64,000 nt of DNA from Octopus vulgaris (lineage: Eukaryota), in assembly GCA_951406725.2 (NCBI GenBank), contig OX597832.1, positions 20,026,001 through 20,090,000 of the forward strand. Reading direction: 5' to 3'. Position 1 is the stretch's first letter. Each line of letters opens with the position of its first letter. The translations under genes were made by a program, and so were the position numbers. Below the pieces are notes generated by a model. It was not told the origin of the DNA, made no database searches, and was given only the letters and a program-made list of their open reading frames with translations. Shown one piece after another: positions 1 through 13,550 of the stretch.

Positions 1-114
1 TTGTATCCTTCTTCTAACTGTATTTATTCACTTCCACACAGAAAAATAAAACCTTCTTCATTGCTCTTGCCATTAAACTTGATTCAAGGTCACCATTATT
101 TTACTTTTATCTTT

Positions 115-250
115 CAAACTCCGCCGATGTTGGCTTTGCCTTTCATCCTTTCGCGGTCGATAAATTAAGTACCAGTGAGAAACTGGGGTCGAAGCAATCG
201 ACTCCCCTCCAGCCCCAAATTTCAGGCCTTGTGCCTATATTAAAAAGGAC
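115..250 (+). mobile_element. SINE family A, 5'-truncated copy
   Basis: Contains ctttgcctttcatcctttcgcggtcgataaattaagtaccagt...ctggggtcga, matching the full copy at 34045-34277. Confidence 0.85.
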
Positions 251-514
251 TGTTTTTTTTTCTCTCTCTGCTTTTTTCTCTCTCTCTCTCTCTTTCTGTC
301 TTTCTTTCTATCTTGCTTTATTTCTTTCTCCCTCTCCCTATCTCCCATTCTCTCTCCCCCCCTCCCTCTTAAACATACACCCCCTCCCTCACGGCCTCAC
401 ATACAAGTTTCACATGAGCGACCCAACGGAAATTCACACGCACCAACTTCCGCCCGACCCAGTTACTTTTCAACGCCATGACACCGCACACACGTACGCT
501 CATTTATACATCAT

Positions 515-660
515 CTTTTATCTTATACTTGTTTCAGTCACTCGACTGCGGCCATGCTAGAATATTGCATTGAAGAACTTTTAGTCAAATGAGTCGCCCT
601 TGGACTTATGTCTTTTAAAAGACGGGTACATATTCTATCGGTCCTTTATCACGAACCACC
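515..660 (-). mobile_element. SINE family B, 3' fragment
   Basis: cttgtttcagtcactcgactgcggccatgct matches the reverse complement of the 3' end of the copy at 50135-50496. Confidence 0.75.
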
Positions 661-719
661 AATATTTTATTATTATCTCCCCTTCTTCCTAGCTCTCCTG
701 TCAAACTATTTTCTCCCAA

Positions 720-919
720 CCAGTCGCAATGATTGATCACTAAATCCACAATCTTTTTATTCTCTCTGTTTATTTCCTCATATTCCTTTCTGTTGAAGAG
801 AGTAAGCTGAAAACGTAAAAGACTTCCCCTCTTTTCCGAGCGACAATCTAATACACCTTAATTGTTGTTCATACACTTACCTACGTCTTTTTACGAAATT
901 TCTGTAAATTTCAACTATG

Positions 920-920
<1 letters not shown>
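720..920 (+). mobile_element. PLE-like terminal fragment (family C) with degenerate hammerhead motif at 786-821
   Basis: cttt-CTGTTGA-agagagtaagctg-aaaac-gta-aaag; homologous to the reverse complements of 14621-14805, 30048-30330 and 56144-56369; abuts (TA)n. Confidence 0.6.
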
Positions 921-969
<49 letters not shown>

Positions 970-1130
970 CATGTATATATAGCATGTATATATACATGTA
1001 GATGTAGGTACGTACATATATGTTTGTATGTATGCATATATTTTATTTATTACACTATTGTATGACTGAGCGCCTTCGCGTCGATTCAATTCGATTCGTT
1101 TGGTTTCATTTCTTCTTCTCTAAGCTGGTT

Positions 1131-1185
<55 letters not shown>

Positions 1186-1198
<13 letters not shown>

Positions 1199-1640
1199 AT
1201 ATTAGGGAATAAATCCAAATTTACAAGGAAAAATCAGATTTAAGATTGAATCCAATTTTATAATAAAATATTATATTATATCAAATTAGAGACAAAACCA
1301 CTATTATGCAAATCAAACAAAGAAAGACTTAAGCCAATACATAAAATAATTTATATAAATTAAAATTTAACATATGAATAACCACTACGATCGTTTCGTG
1401 TCAGCACATCTTAGACATTCTTCAGGTGGTTTCAAAACCTTCTTAGCGAGTTTTAAATTATGAACTCGCTAAGGTTTTGAAACCACCTGAAGAATGTCTA
1501 AGATGTGCTGACACGAAACGATCGTAGTGGTTATTCATATGTTAAATTTTAATTTATATAAATTATTTTATGTATTGGCTTAAGTCTTTCTTTGTTTGAT
1601 TTGCATAATAGTGGTTTTGTCTCTAATTTGATATAATATA
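1186..1640. mobile_element. PLE-like inverted-repeat cassette in a (TA)n tract
   Basis: Arms 1272-1452 and 1463-1640 are near-identical inverted copies with a 10-nt spacer; extra tail 1186-1271 on one side only; hammerhead motif in each arm. Confidence 0.8.
1481..1532 (+). ncRNA. Minimal type I hammerhead ribozyme motif (second copy on - strand at 1380-1431)
   Basis: Stem I aaccac/gtggtt; core CTGAAGA; stem II tgtc/gaca; GAAAC-gatc-GTA (palindromic acgatcgt); predicted cleavage after 1526. Confidence 0.85.
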
Positions 1641-1663
1641 TATATATATATATATACGTATAT

Positions 1664-1790
1664 AAACGACGAGCTTACTTCAGTTTCCGTCCACCAAAAC
1701 TACTCAGAAGAATTTGGTCAGTCCGACTTTATGGCAAACTTGCCTAAGGTGCCAACACTGTGGGACCGAACAATAAGTTGCCGGCGCCTA
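1664..1790 (-). mobile_element. SINE family B, degenerate 5' part
   Basis: ttcagtttccgtccaccaaa...ttgcctaaggtgcca matches the family B head on the - strand. Confidence 0.65.
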
Positions 1791-2019
1791 CAAACTAAAC
1801 ATAAACGTCCACTGCTTGCACTTTCTCGAACTACAAACATAGATACACCACGGCATATAAATATAAACCCCTGCGTTTTCCTCTCTTTCTAACAACCCCA
1901 TACAATAATATTCCCGAACCCAATGCCAATTTACTGTGTTAAAGTGTCCGACCGCTTCAGTGTTCGTTTTATGTATTCAAAACATTTTCGACTCTACCAA
2001 TGCCTCTTTGCTTTTATAT

Positions 2020-2403
2020 GTGGAAGCACTCCGTCGGTTACGACGATGAGGGTTCCGGTTGATCCGATCAACGGAACAGCCTGCTCGTGAAATTAACGTG
2101 TAAGTGGCTGAGCACTCCACAGACACGTGTACCCTTAACGTAGTTCTCGGGGATATTCAGCGTGACACAGAGAGTGACAAGGCCGGCCCCTTGAAATACA
2201 GGTACAACAGAAACAGGAAGTAACAGTGAGAGAAAGTTGTGGTGAAAGAGTACAGCAGGGATCACCACCATCACCTGCCGGAGCCTCGTGGAGTTTTATG
2301 TGTTTTCGCTCAATAAACACTCACAACGCCCGGTCTGGGAATCGAAACCGCGATCCTACGACCGTGAGTCCGCTGCCCTAACCACTGGGCCATTGCGCCT
2401 CCA
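2020..2403 (-). mobile_element. tRNA-derived SINE family D, full length with TSD
   Basis: Minus-strand head gtggaggcgcaatggcccagtggttagggcagcggactc...ggtttcgattccc (A/B-box-like); flanked by direct repeat ctttgcttttatat at 2006-2019 and 2404-2417. Confidence 0.9.
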
Positions 2404-2820
2404 CTTTGCTTTTATATATATTGGTGTTGAATAATTTACATGATGAAGAACAAACTAAAACAAGGGACGTAATTAACAGCGATAAATGTTATAAATTTGC
2501 TTAAACAAAATTTAAAGGTGCTCTTATAAATATCGAATTAAACCAAATATTAATCTATTGAAGCTTCCTTTTCATTCCTCCGGAAATAAGAGATAATTCA
2601 GTCTCTACGTTAGATCCCTCGCTTTCTCTCTCTCTCTATATATATCCCCCCTCTCTCTCTCTCTCTCTCATTTACACACAGTAGCAAGCACACGCATACA
2701 CACACATACGTGTACGTTTATATTTATATATTCGTGTATAATCACACACATGCACACATATATATAAAATAAATATATGGACAGGCATATATATATGCAT
2801 ATATATACGTGTATATGCGT

Positions 2821-2857
<37 letters not shown>

Positions 2858-3799
2858 AATTTATACACTTATACTTACGTGTGTCTGTATGTATGTGTGT
2901 ACGTATGGATACACACATTCATACATATGTGTATATAACATAGCTCCGAGTATGCGTGCATGTTCGTTTCTGAGTGTGTTTGTATATATGATTGTGAGCA
3001 AGTAATCTTGAGTCTGTTGGCAGTGACCTGCACAGCTGTCAGATCTATGAATGTATTATAGTATTATAAAATTAGAGATGAATAATTTTGTTTCGTATCA
3101 CTTCAGACATATGACCCAATATACAGCCAACAATATTTCCAATGGAAACGATAATACACATTACGATAAAGTCCACCTACCCCTTCTCTCTTCCTCTCTT
3201 TCTCTCTCATTCTCCGCTACTATCTTCCTTTTATTTTATTTCATTTTTATTCTTACGTTTTATTTTCTCCCAGAATCATAAAATATGCAAAAGTTGAACT
3301 CACGTTGATTCGTCTTTTTTGCTTTCTCTCTGATTCTGTGATAAGTCGACCGTTTTATAGCCATAACAGATGTCACATAAACACGGCACATAGCTAAAGG
3401 AAAAGAAAAAAAGAAAAAAAAAAATGAGAATAAACAGGTTAGTTTACCTCGTTTGCATATTATGGCAGTATGCTCAAAGATGCATGTCTAATTGAAGAAA
3501 CACACCTATGAATATGTGTATGTGTGTGCATGTGTGTATGTATGAGTGTGTGAGTATATGTGCGTGTCTCTATGTGTGTGTAAGGTAAATTTATTGGTAT
3601 ACACATAAATTAATAGGTAGAACTGAGGCAGATTCTCCAAATACTTATACATACATACATACATACATATATATATATGTAGGTGTGCGTGTGTGTGTAA
3701 ATGTAAGTGTGTGTTTCTGTGTCTGTGTATCTCTGTGGGTGTGCAAATGTGTGCGTGTTTATATATATGAATAGAAAAAATATATATGTATGTATATAT

Positions 3800-4062
3800 G
3801 TATGGACGGAAACTAAAAGAAGCCCGTAGTATATATGTGTATATATATATATGTGCGTGTGTTTGTTTGTCCCTCCTCATCGCTTGACAACCGATTCTGG
3901 TGTGTTTACATCCCCGTAGCTTGGCGGTTCGGCAAAAAGAGACCAATGGAGTAAGTACTGGGCTTACAAAGAATAAGTCCTGGGGTCGATTTGCTCGATT
4001 GAGTGCGGTGCTCCAGCATGGCCGCAGTCAAATGACTGAAATATGTAAAAGAGTAAAAGAGT
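3800..4062 (+). mobile_element. SINE family B, 3' two-thirds
   Basis: gacggaaact...gcttgacaaccgat...gcggtgctccagcatggccgcagtcaaatgactgaaa...(taaaagag)n tail. Confidence 0.85.
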
Positions 4063-4144
4063 ATATATATATATGTGTGTATGTGTGTGTGGTGTGTATG
4101 TGTCTATAAAAGTCTGTGTATTTGTATAATTATACGTATTTGTG

Positions 4145-4199
<55 letters not shown>

Positions 4200-4561
4200 G
4201 TAGAAATGAGATATACGACACACAGGGGTGCACATAAGCTCACGCGAAGTGGCAGGCCGTTACCCGGAGCTTTGTCCTCAAATTTAAACCTCAAGTGTGG
4301 ATTTTTAGAGTACTTGATTAATTCAGACAATGCAGTCTAAAGTGAAGATTTATGTTTTCCTCCCTTAACCACATCAAGCTTGTGAATTGTACAATTAACG
4401 TTGTTATTCAAGTCTCTAACTTGAGTATTAATCGGTTTAAATGATTTTAGTTACATAAATATTATTATATTATTGTCATTTCACATTAAATTTAAAAGGT
4501 TTCCTCTCTACAGAATCGTTAAAATTTCTTCTTTTAATATATATGCCCGTCAAACTTAAGA

Positions 4562-4757
4562 TGGAGTGCTGACAGGATAGTTTGTACGTCGGGTGAAATG
4601 CTTAGCAGCATGTCGTCCGTCTTTATGCTCTGAGTTCAAATTCCGCCTTTCATCCTTTTAGAGTCGTTAAAATATTACCAGCTGAGTACTGGTATCGATA
4701 TAATCGACTTATCTCTATTCCAAAATCGCAGGCCTTGCACCAATATTTGAAACCAAT
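4562..4757 (+). mobile_element. SINE family A, degenerate
   Basis: gaaatgcttagc...ctgagttcaaattccgcc-ttttcatcctttt...gtcgatataatcgact. Confidence 0.75.
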
Positions 4758-4758
4758 A

Positions 4759-5190
4759 TATTGGGTCATCCTATTATTAATATGTTTTTTTCTTTGCATG
4801 CATTAACTTGTTACAGAAGCAGGTAATAAATACTTATTCTTAGTGCAAGTTTTGAAGAGTGCAGTTCGATTTTAACAGTGCATTTCCGAAGCTAAAATGG
4901 AAGTGAGAAAGGAGCATATTCGGCGTATTTTGTTTCAAGATTTCAATAAAGGCAACAGCGCAACGGAAAGTGCGAGGAATATTAATGCTGTGTAAGGGGA
5001 TCGGACATTAAGCCAGTGCCAATGGTGTTTCCAGAAATTCCGTACAGGAAACTACAGCTTAGAAGACGAACCTCGTCCTGGATGAATCGTAGAGCTCGAC
5101 GAGGAGGTCCTGCAAGCCCTGGTGGAACACAATTCCATCGTAGATGTTGTGGAACTAGTAGAGAGTCTTGGATTTGGTCATCCAGTCAGT
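4759..5190 (+). pseudogene. Mariner transposon 5' remnant (N-terminal HTH of transposase, disrupted)
   Basis: From ATG 4897 reads MEVRKEHIRRILFQDFNKGNSATESARNINAV*GDRT..QCQWCFQKFRTGNYSLEDEPRPG*..LDEEVLQALVE, a typical mariner N-terminus with stops; starts at ta-ttgggtcatcc. Confidence 0.85.
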
Positions 5191-5948
5191 CATTCAAGTC
5201 AGCGCTAGAAAAAAAAACGACCATTTCAGCTAATATTATATAAAATACCAAAACCACCATCCCTGTACAATCCAGCATTCAGGCTATAAATCTCGCCTTG
5301 ATTATGTGTCCCAAGATAATAATGTTCCAAGATAACAAATATTCGACGATTTAGTGATACGATGCTAAACCCAAAAAGATTATAAAGGAGAAAACAGCAA
5401 GCCGATACTGAATCTTTCTTAAATATTAGAAAATGTCTGCGCGGTCGATTTTGTCTTTCATATTTTCGGGGTTGACGATCTAAGTACCAGTTATGCACTG
5501 AGGTCGAAGTAAATCCCGAAATCTCTGGCTTTGTTTCAAAATTTATAAACCAACATTAGAAAACATCTGCAATGCATAATAATCACTATATCTCTTTAGT
5601 TTATAGAGCAACATGTTCTTCTAAATTAGAGTGCTTGAGGTAGAATAATTCAGAAAATGAATGGTTAACATCCAACGTTGATGAAATCACGCCTACTTTT
5701 GTCTCAAATCTTAATGAAAATGTTAAACACGTTGCTGAGGCTAGTTTTATATCAGAAATTGTTTTTTTTTAAATTTTATTTCCAAATTTGTTGTCTATAC
5801 AATAATTCTTCTTATGATCATCTAGAGTTATATAGGTGTCACGTTTAGCTAAACGTGTTACTTTATTGTCAAGTGAATTTCCTTTCTAGTTATTTCAGCT
5901 GAAATAATATTCACATTAAATAGCCTTTAATATTTTCAAACACATCAA

Positions 5949-6036
<88 letters not shown>

Positions 6037-6276
6037 ATATATCTATCTATCTAGCAACATATCTATCCATGAACTTATGCAGTCATATTAATATGTGTAT
6101 GTATATACGTACACGCACTTATAGATAGGTAGATATATACATACATACATTAAACTATTTCCTTTAACAGCATTGTTATATGGCAAAACAGTTTTACATT
6201 TATTGCTTAATAAGAATAAATGTAAGTCTCCTCCTCTTCCTCTCTCTCTCTCTCTGTATATATGTATATATATACA

Positions 6277-6618
6277 CAGGGTGCAATGAATATATTGTCT
6301 GAATTACATATTATTTTATCAGATGTATTACCTGAAAATATCTTGAAATACTAAAGAGTAAATGTATTCAATAAAATCGCCATTGGCTTCAACCACTTCG
6401 AAACGTGCGTATTGGAGCTTCAGGCGCGAATGCCAAGCAGTACTGCAAGTCGTTTCCAAACTCCTGGAAGAATGAATTTCGCCACTGTGCTGATTTTTTC
6501 TCACAGATGCTGCGCAACTGATCCTAATTATACTGTGTAACCAATAAAATTAAAAACAAACAATGCGCATGCGCGAAATTAAAAATATAAAATTACTACA
6601 ATTTACTCATCGCATTCT
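6277..6618. mobile_element. Internally deleted Tc1/mariner-type element (MITE)
   Basis: Imperfect terminal inverted repeats gtgcaatgaatatattgt / acaatttactcatcgcat; the right end is repeated at 7648-7743. Confidence 0.55.
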
Positions 6619-6651
6619 TATATATCCATATCCATATTTATATATATATAT

Positions 6652-7370
6652 ACGAGAAAGAAGCAACAAGAATGGATTGGTTTTTAGTACAATTGTTTCA
6701 TACAAAGACAGGCTTTATTACAAGTTGCAAAAATTGCAGCAGATAAAAGTGTCCCGTACTCATCAGCTAAAATACATTTGAGTTCTCTAGACATCTTAGT
6801 GGGTGAGGTTATACTCATGAAATATTGGAGATAGTTCCATTAGAGGCAGATATAGGTTGTAAAGATTTTTCCAAAGTTCCTTAATGATGATGCACAGTCT
6901 CATCACAGATTTTTAAAAACTTATTAGTTTCGAAGAGAAGATGAATCAAGTGAATTGATTCATCTTCTCTTCGAAACTAATAAGTTTTTTAAAAATCTGT
7001 GATAAGACTGTGCTTCATCATTAAGGAACTTTGGAAAACTCTTTACAACCTATATCTGCCTCTAATGGAACTATCTCCAATATTTCATGAGTATAACCTC
7101 ACCCACTAAGATGTCTAGAGAACTCAAATGTATTTTAGCTGATGAGTACGGGACACTTTTATCTGCTGCAATTTTTGCAACTTGTAATAAAGCCTGTCTT
7201 TGTATGAAACAATTGTACTAAAAACCAATCCATTCTTGTTGCTTCTTTCTCGTTTATAATCAACCCCACATTACTGTATGGATAACACCATATAGTTTTT
7301 CTGGTGCATCTAAGTTAAGTACCACATTCAAGTAAATTCATTGGAAGTTACTTGAATCTTAATTGCTTTG

Positions 7371-7372
<2 letters not shown>
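6652..7372. mobile_element. PLE-like inverted-repeat cassette in a (TA)n tract
   Basis: Arms 6652-6949 and 6955-7253 (about 300 bp, few differences, 5-nt spacer) plus a one-sided tail 7254-7372; hammerhead motif in each arm; the tail recurs inverted at 14954-15098. Confidence 0.8.
7133..7223 (+). ncRNA. Type I hammerhead ribozyme motif with long stem II (second copy on - strand at 6682-6772)
   Basis: Stem I ttttag/ctaaaa; core CTGATGA; stem II gtac...gtat with an internal tgcaatttttgca hairpin; GAAAC-aatt-GTA (palindromic acaattgt); predicted cleavage after 7217. Confidence 0.85.
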
Positions 7373-7438
<66 letters not shown>

Positions 7439-7741
7439 TAGATATAGATATATATATATACACATATACATATATATATACACACACACATATACATATA
7501 TATATATATATATGTGTGCGTATGTGTATGTATCTATATATGGATGCATGTATGTACGTATATATGTATGCATGTATGGTATAAAATATATTCATACTGA
7601 TACGCTGGTTTAGATGCACAAATTTAAAGAAACAATTCAGTTTTTTCTATCCTAATTATACTGTATCGTCGACAAAATTAAAAACAAACAATACGCATGC
7701 GCGAAATTGAAAATATAAGATGATTACAATTTACTCATCGC

Positions 7742-7778
<37 letters not shown>

Positions 7779-8566
7779 CACATTCATATACATATATATA
7801 TATATGTGTGTGTGTGTGTGTATGTATATGTATGTATCTATGTATGCATTTATGTATGTATGTATGTGTGTATGGTATAAAATACATTCATACTGACACG
7901 CTAGTTTAGATGCCCAAATTAAAAGAAACAATTAAATAAATAATATAGAAAGCTTGGCAGAGTTCCTCTAAACATATTCGATCTAATCAAAGATTTTGAT
8001 TAGCTGTTAATATTTATATATCTGGGGGAGCACTAGATTGCAAACTCGGTGGATTGCCAGATAATCAGCCAGATCGTATTTGATTAATTACTTCTATTTA
8101 CTTTCGAAGTCATAGTCATCAATGTTCGATATTTCTTCATTTTCTTTGCCTCATCGTATAAGGTGACTTGTCAAAATATGGACCCCCGATGATATTTTGT
8201 TTGAGATCTTTACGATACAGAAATTCCACTCTTGACCATCTTCCCATTATGAATAATTATTCAACACTGTATATCAGATGTGATATTAATTGCTATTTTT
8301 TTTCGATGAGTAACTCATTGTAAATACAAGAGATTGAGTCTATTCTCGGAGAGCTAAAACATCTAGGTATCCTTCGAAATGGCTAGTGTAACGTTGAGTA
8401 TATTCTTAGAATTAGTAATTACGAACTATCGCCCTAATTTTTCATTACAATAGTAGTTCGTTCCTTGGGATTGGTTTAATTTTCAGTAATCCATACTATA
8501 TCCTTAGTGGACTGTTTTTATGCTGATTCTCTCAGTTTAGCTGTAGAATATATATATATATATTTA

Positions 8567-9785
8567 CAGGGTGCGTGATGTATTGGAATATTAAAGACAT
8601 ACTTTTTTGGTCATTGCTGCATGTTTTGCTAACTCTGTATAACCTTTGTTTCAGGAAACAATAATGGCAGATCCTCAGTATAGCAAAATAATGTAGAGGC
8701 ATGCTGTTATTGTGGTTATAATGGCTGAGCCTCGCGATTTAGAAATATCTCGATTTTTAAAAGTTGCCAGATCTTTCGTCTACAAAGTTTGTAAGGAGCT
8801 GGAGACTGAAGGTGGAAACGTATCACCAGTATTAAAGCGTAAAATGCATTCTAAACGCTCTGAATTCATTCAGCAAGTTCAACAGACCATCGATTGCAAT
8901 CCCAGAAAGTCCATGAGATCAATTGCAAAAGATCTCCATGTGTCAGGAGGAACAGTCAGAAATGTTGTCCACGAACACATCAGATATACGTCTTATATTC
9001 TTATATGATGAGGAAAGGTCAATTTGTGAGAAAGAGCAAAATAAATCACTATATTAGATCTAAAAGGCTCTTAAACAAACTGAAAAATCCAGAAGATTTG
9101 ATTTGTTTTTTCTCAAACAAGAAAAACTTCGATCAAGATCAAAAAGTTAACAGATGACAGATGGTTCCAAGAGTTATGCATACAAAATTACTTGTAACTG
9201 TCATGGTTTTAGCGGTTGTCAGCAATGAAGGATATGTGATACCTACTTACGTCTTTCCACAAGGCCTTAGATTTAATTCTGCCGCCTACATTGAGGTCCT
9301 GGAAATGATTGTTAAGCCCTAGATAGACTGTGTATATAGCGGAAGGCCATATGTTTTCAGTAAGACTCTGCACAATCAAATATGGCTTTAGTAACACAAG
9401 AATGAATGGCAGAAAATTTCCATGATCACATAACCCCTAATATTTGCTCTCCTAATTCCCCAGATCTCAATCCGTTACCCTATTACGCGTAGAGCGTTGT
9501 TGAGAAAGTGGTCAATGAACATGCTCGTAACACCAAAGATTATTTGAAAGATGCCATTGTCAGAGTAATGTCCAAAATGAACCAAGACCACTTGATTCGA
9601 CCAAGTATATGATTTAGATTTCATATAGAAGCAGTTGTTAGACTTTAAGGTGACCGTATTGAATAACATAACAGAAAAGGTTTATTTTTATCTCATAACA
9701 TTTTTATAAGTAAAGTTATTACCTGTATTTATATATCTCTTTTTTTATAAACATAAATCTGTCTTCAAATATCTAACGCACCCTG
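8567..9785 (+). mobile_element. Decayed full-length Tc1/mariner-superfamily transposon (DDxD type, maT-like)
   Basis: TIRs cagggtgcgt/acgcaccctg with TA on both sides; frameshifted transposase with RKSMRSIAKDLHVSGGTVRNVVHE (HTH), FSNKKNFDQDQKVNR, and SPNSPDLNPL.YY. Confidence 0.85.
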
Positions 9786-11617
9786 TATACACACATACAT
9801 ACATATATATATATATATCTTTTTCTTGCCGATTTTATTTCTTAGAACGAAATATTTTCAATTTAAGGGAGATAGCGAGAAAAATATTGGTTTAATATTT
9901 TTTATAGTTATGCATATTGTGTTGTTGCTTTTTATTTCATAATGCACGACATGTCAGTTATCAATAAAAGCTACATAAATTCCAAATAATACAAACACAA
10001 GGAAAATGAAGTACGATGATTCAAATTCAGCATTTATGTACTTTCTATAAAATGTGTGGGCCTGAGTCACATAAAAATAATGCTTTGTATCGTATTCAGA
10101 AGGACTGAATTTCACGAAGAGTACTTTAGTCAATTGAACTGAACACAAAGACAGAAGACAATTATTTTTAACCCAAAATGCACTGAAAAATAAAAATTGT
10201 CCTCAGTGAGATTAAAATTCATATCATAGAAATATAACTGTAATTCGTTGGTCACCGTCTTTTTTTTTTTTATAAGAAACGTGTAAAATAGAGGAGTGGG
10301 TGATAGAATAACATCAGAAGAGTATACGGAAGCTCGAAATTCCCTACTAAAAATAACAACTAACTGTCTTTGAAATCATGTTCTACCGTTTTTATATTGA
10401 AGGACACGTTATATAATGTAGTCTTTAGAACGCTGTTTCAGGGTATAAGTTAAATTAGATAACAGCAAAGCAACGACAGCAACACTTAACCAAGATTCAT
10501 ATCCCTTTGTAAGGACATGAGCTCTGTATCATCAGGTAGGACCAACTAGAAAGTTATGAGTTATGATCGTCACTTCCTTCTCTAGGGTACTAGTATCGAA
10601 ATGAAGTTTAGTAGATTTAAGTTAAAATGAAAACTGTTACAACTCCGGTTGTAGCAGGCACGATTTTGCTCTAACGTTGTCATTAATAGTATTTTTCGAA
10701 AGTGTGAGTAAAATTCACTTCGATTAAAATCTGTAAAAACTATAAAAGGTCTCAACAAAATAGCGTTGATTTGCCCTATAAATCTGGGCTGTACTTATCT
10801 AACAAAATTTATATTAACATTCCTATGATATCAACAAGCACATATCCAGATATTCAAGTACTTAATTTATGAATCGATAAGTCAGTAAGTAACTTATAGT
10901 AACATACCCGACAAGCTGTAAACAGGTTTCAATTCCCTATGGCACCATATAAGTCTACTTACAATGATAATGCCTTGCTTTATCTTTTAAAAAAATCGAA
11001 ACACTAAAATATTTACTAGCATTTACAAACGTAAAAGTTACCAAACTTGCAGGACAGGGTTATAGACGATAAAATCCAAGCCCAGAAGAGAGAGTTGGTA
11101 CATAATTAACGAACCCAGAATGATGATAAAGCAACAAAGTCGATCCCGTTGGGATTTCGAACTCACGAAGACTTACGTAAAGGGATAATATTTAATTTGT
11201 GAGAAACATTACATCATATATTTACTGTTACTACCGTTCATCCTATCGATCGGAATGAACTTTTAAGTAAGCATTTCCCACATTGATTTCTTATATTGAT
11301 TATGTTTCATATATTGGCATAAGGCCACACAGTTGTGGTAAAAGAAAAATAAGTCGATTTTTCAGACACGAATTCATTATTCATAACAATATTAATTTGT
11401 TAGCATTGGCACAAGGCACCATCTTTAAAGAGAGTGCATTCGGTGTAATCAACGACATTGTGTTGACGTCATCTATTTCATTCACCTCAGGAGAGTAGAA
11501 ATAAAACCAAGCGAGTGTGATTTGAAACCTAGACTCATCGAATATATATTATATACATACAAACACTGCAAGGCATGAATGATGACTCCTTACTGTTTAC
11601 GTCACTTCACAATTCGA

Positions 11618-11732
11618 ATAAGTACTAGGCTTACAAACATAAGTCCTGGGGTCGATTTGCTCGACTAAAGGCGGTGCTCCAGCATGGCCGCAGTAAAATG
11701 ACTGAAACAAGTAAAAGAGAAGAGAAAGAGAG
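11618..11732 (+). mobile_element. SINE family B, 3' end
   Basis: aataagtactaggcttacaaa...ggggtcgatttgctcgactaaaggcggtgctccagcatggccgcag...gaaacaagtaaaagag. Confidence 0.85.
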
Positions 11733-12376
11733 AGGCAAACATACACATACATACTTGCATATATATGTGTGTGTGTGCTCGCGTGTGTATGTGTGTGTAT
11801 TCTGTGTATGTGTGTGTATTGTGTGTATGTGTGTGTATTGTGTGTAAGTGTGTGTGTGTTTCTGAGAGAGAGTGTGTGTGTTTGTGTTTGTGTTTGTTAG
11901 TATGTTTGTGTGACAGTGAGTACGAGTTCAGGAATCACCTGAAAATGAAATTTGTCAGATAAAGGACAAACCGGCTTGAGATCGAAATCGTTGGCCAAAC
12001 TGATTTACCCCAAAATTGGGGAGTGGAAATTCTGGACGAAACGAATTTCACTGCAAATGAAAACAACGCTAACCATTTTACCTGAATGACAATTATTGTA
12101 CGTGATGCTTAACTACATAATTTCACACTAATTAAGGTGTTTTAATTACAGATTGCTAGAATTCCTAGGAAACACAAAGGAAATCAAAAGCAAAAAAACT
12201 GAAAAAAGTGAATTTGCCAAGAATATGTAATTTGAATCAGCGGACCATGTAATTAATGAAGACGCAGATAATTAGTTTTCCGTAAGTAAAAGTTTTAAAA
12301 AATGTAAAATGAAAATGATAAATACTAGATTAGCAATTTTCTAATATAGGCAACGTAATTATGCAATTTCGTGAGC

Positions 12377-12430
<54 letters not shown>

Positions 12431-12459
12431 ATACTCACACACACACACACACACGCACC

Positions 12460-12510
<51 letters not shown>

Positions 12511-13333
12511 GCATGCGTATAAACACTCTCACACATTTTTGTTTGCACGCATATATGAGTGTAGATAGTTATGCATATAGACATGTGCATGTACACAAAC
12601 GCGCATAGAAACACACACACGTAAATATATATATACACATATATACATATATATACACACACATATGTATACATACAAACACACATATATATATATATAT
12701 ATATACATATATATGTATGCGTATATATATGTATATATATATGTGTGTGTGTATACACATACATATATATCTTATACATAAACGGCAACTTCTTTCTGTC
12801 TGTTACTATGTTGCTGCTTATACCAGAGAACGAATCTTCACGAAACTTAGCATACATATTAAACTAACACGCAGTTCAATTATAGGTGAATTGGATTTCA
12901 GTTAAATTCTATAACGGTTGTATTATTATATTAGCAAATGAGAAGTGTGCAAAGAGTGTTAGTGTGAAGGATATGTAGTAGCATAGTGAGTGTGACTGAT
13001 ATCAAAGAAGCGGAAAAGAGCGTTGTATAAGTGACAAATATAGTGTGGCAGTGAGATGATAAAAGTTAATACAGCTGTCATATACACGCGACGCTGCATA
13101 TCTACTTTCGTAAACACATAGAGGCATGCATACATACACATACACACACACTGCATAAATACATATGGTGAAGAAAGGTGGGTGTGAGGAATGCGTAGCT
13201 TTAAGGAGAGAGTGGGTAGGTGGCTTTTCTTCTGTCCATCGCAATGAAGCACTCACATATACACACACAGACATACATACATATACATACACACACATAG
13301 ATACATACTTGCCTATCTACCTACCTACATACA

Positions 13334-13364
<31 letters not shown>

Positions 13365-13466
13365 GTCTACTACGCAGCATTTTGAACACATGAATATCTG
13401 TGTACGTTTGTAAATGCTGTCCTTCAGTGTGTGTATGTCCATTTGTGTATGCTTTGTGTATGTGTG

Positions 13467-13550
<84 letters not shown>

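Noticed and set aside
2330-2403. tRNA-like sequences here and at other SINE heads
   Set aside because: They continue into SINE bodies with TSDs; not tRNA genes
12768-13110. Possible Helitron-like fragment
   Set aside because: The 5' part is suggestive but no clear 3' hairpin plus CTRR terminus was found
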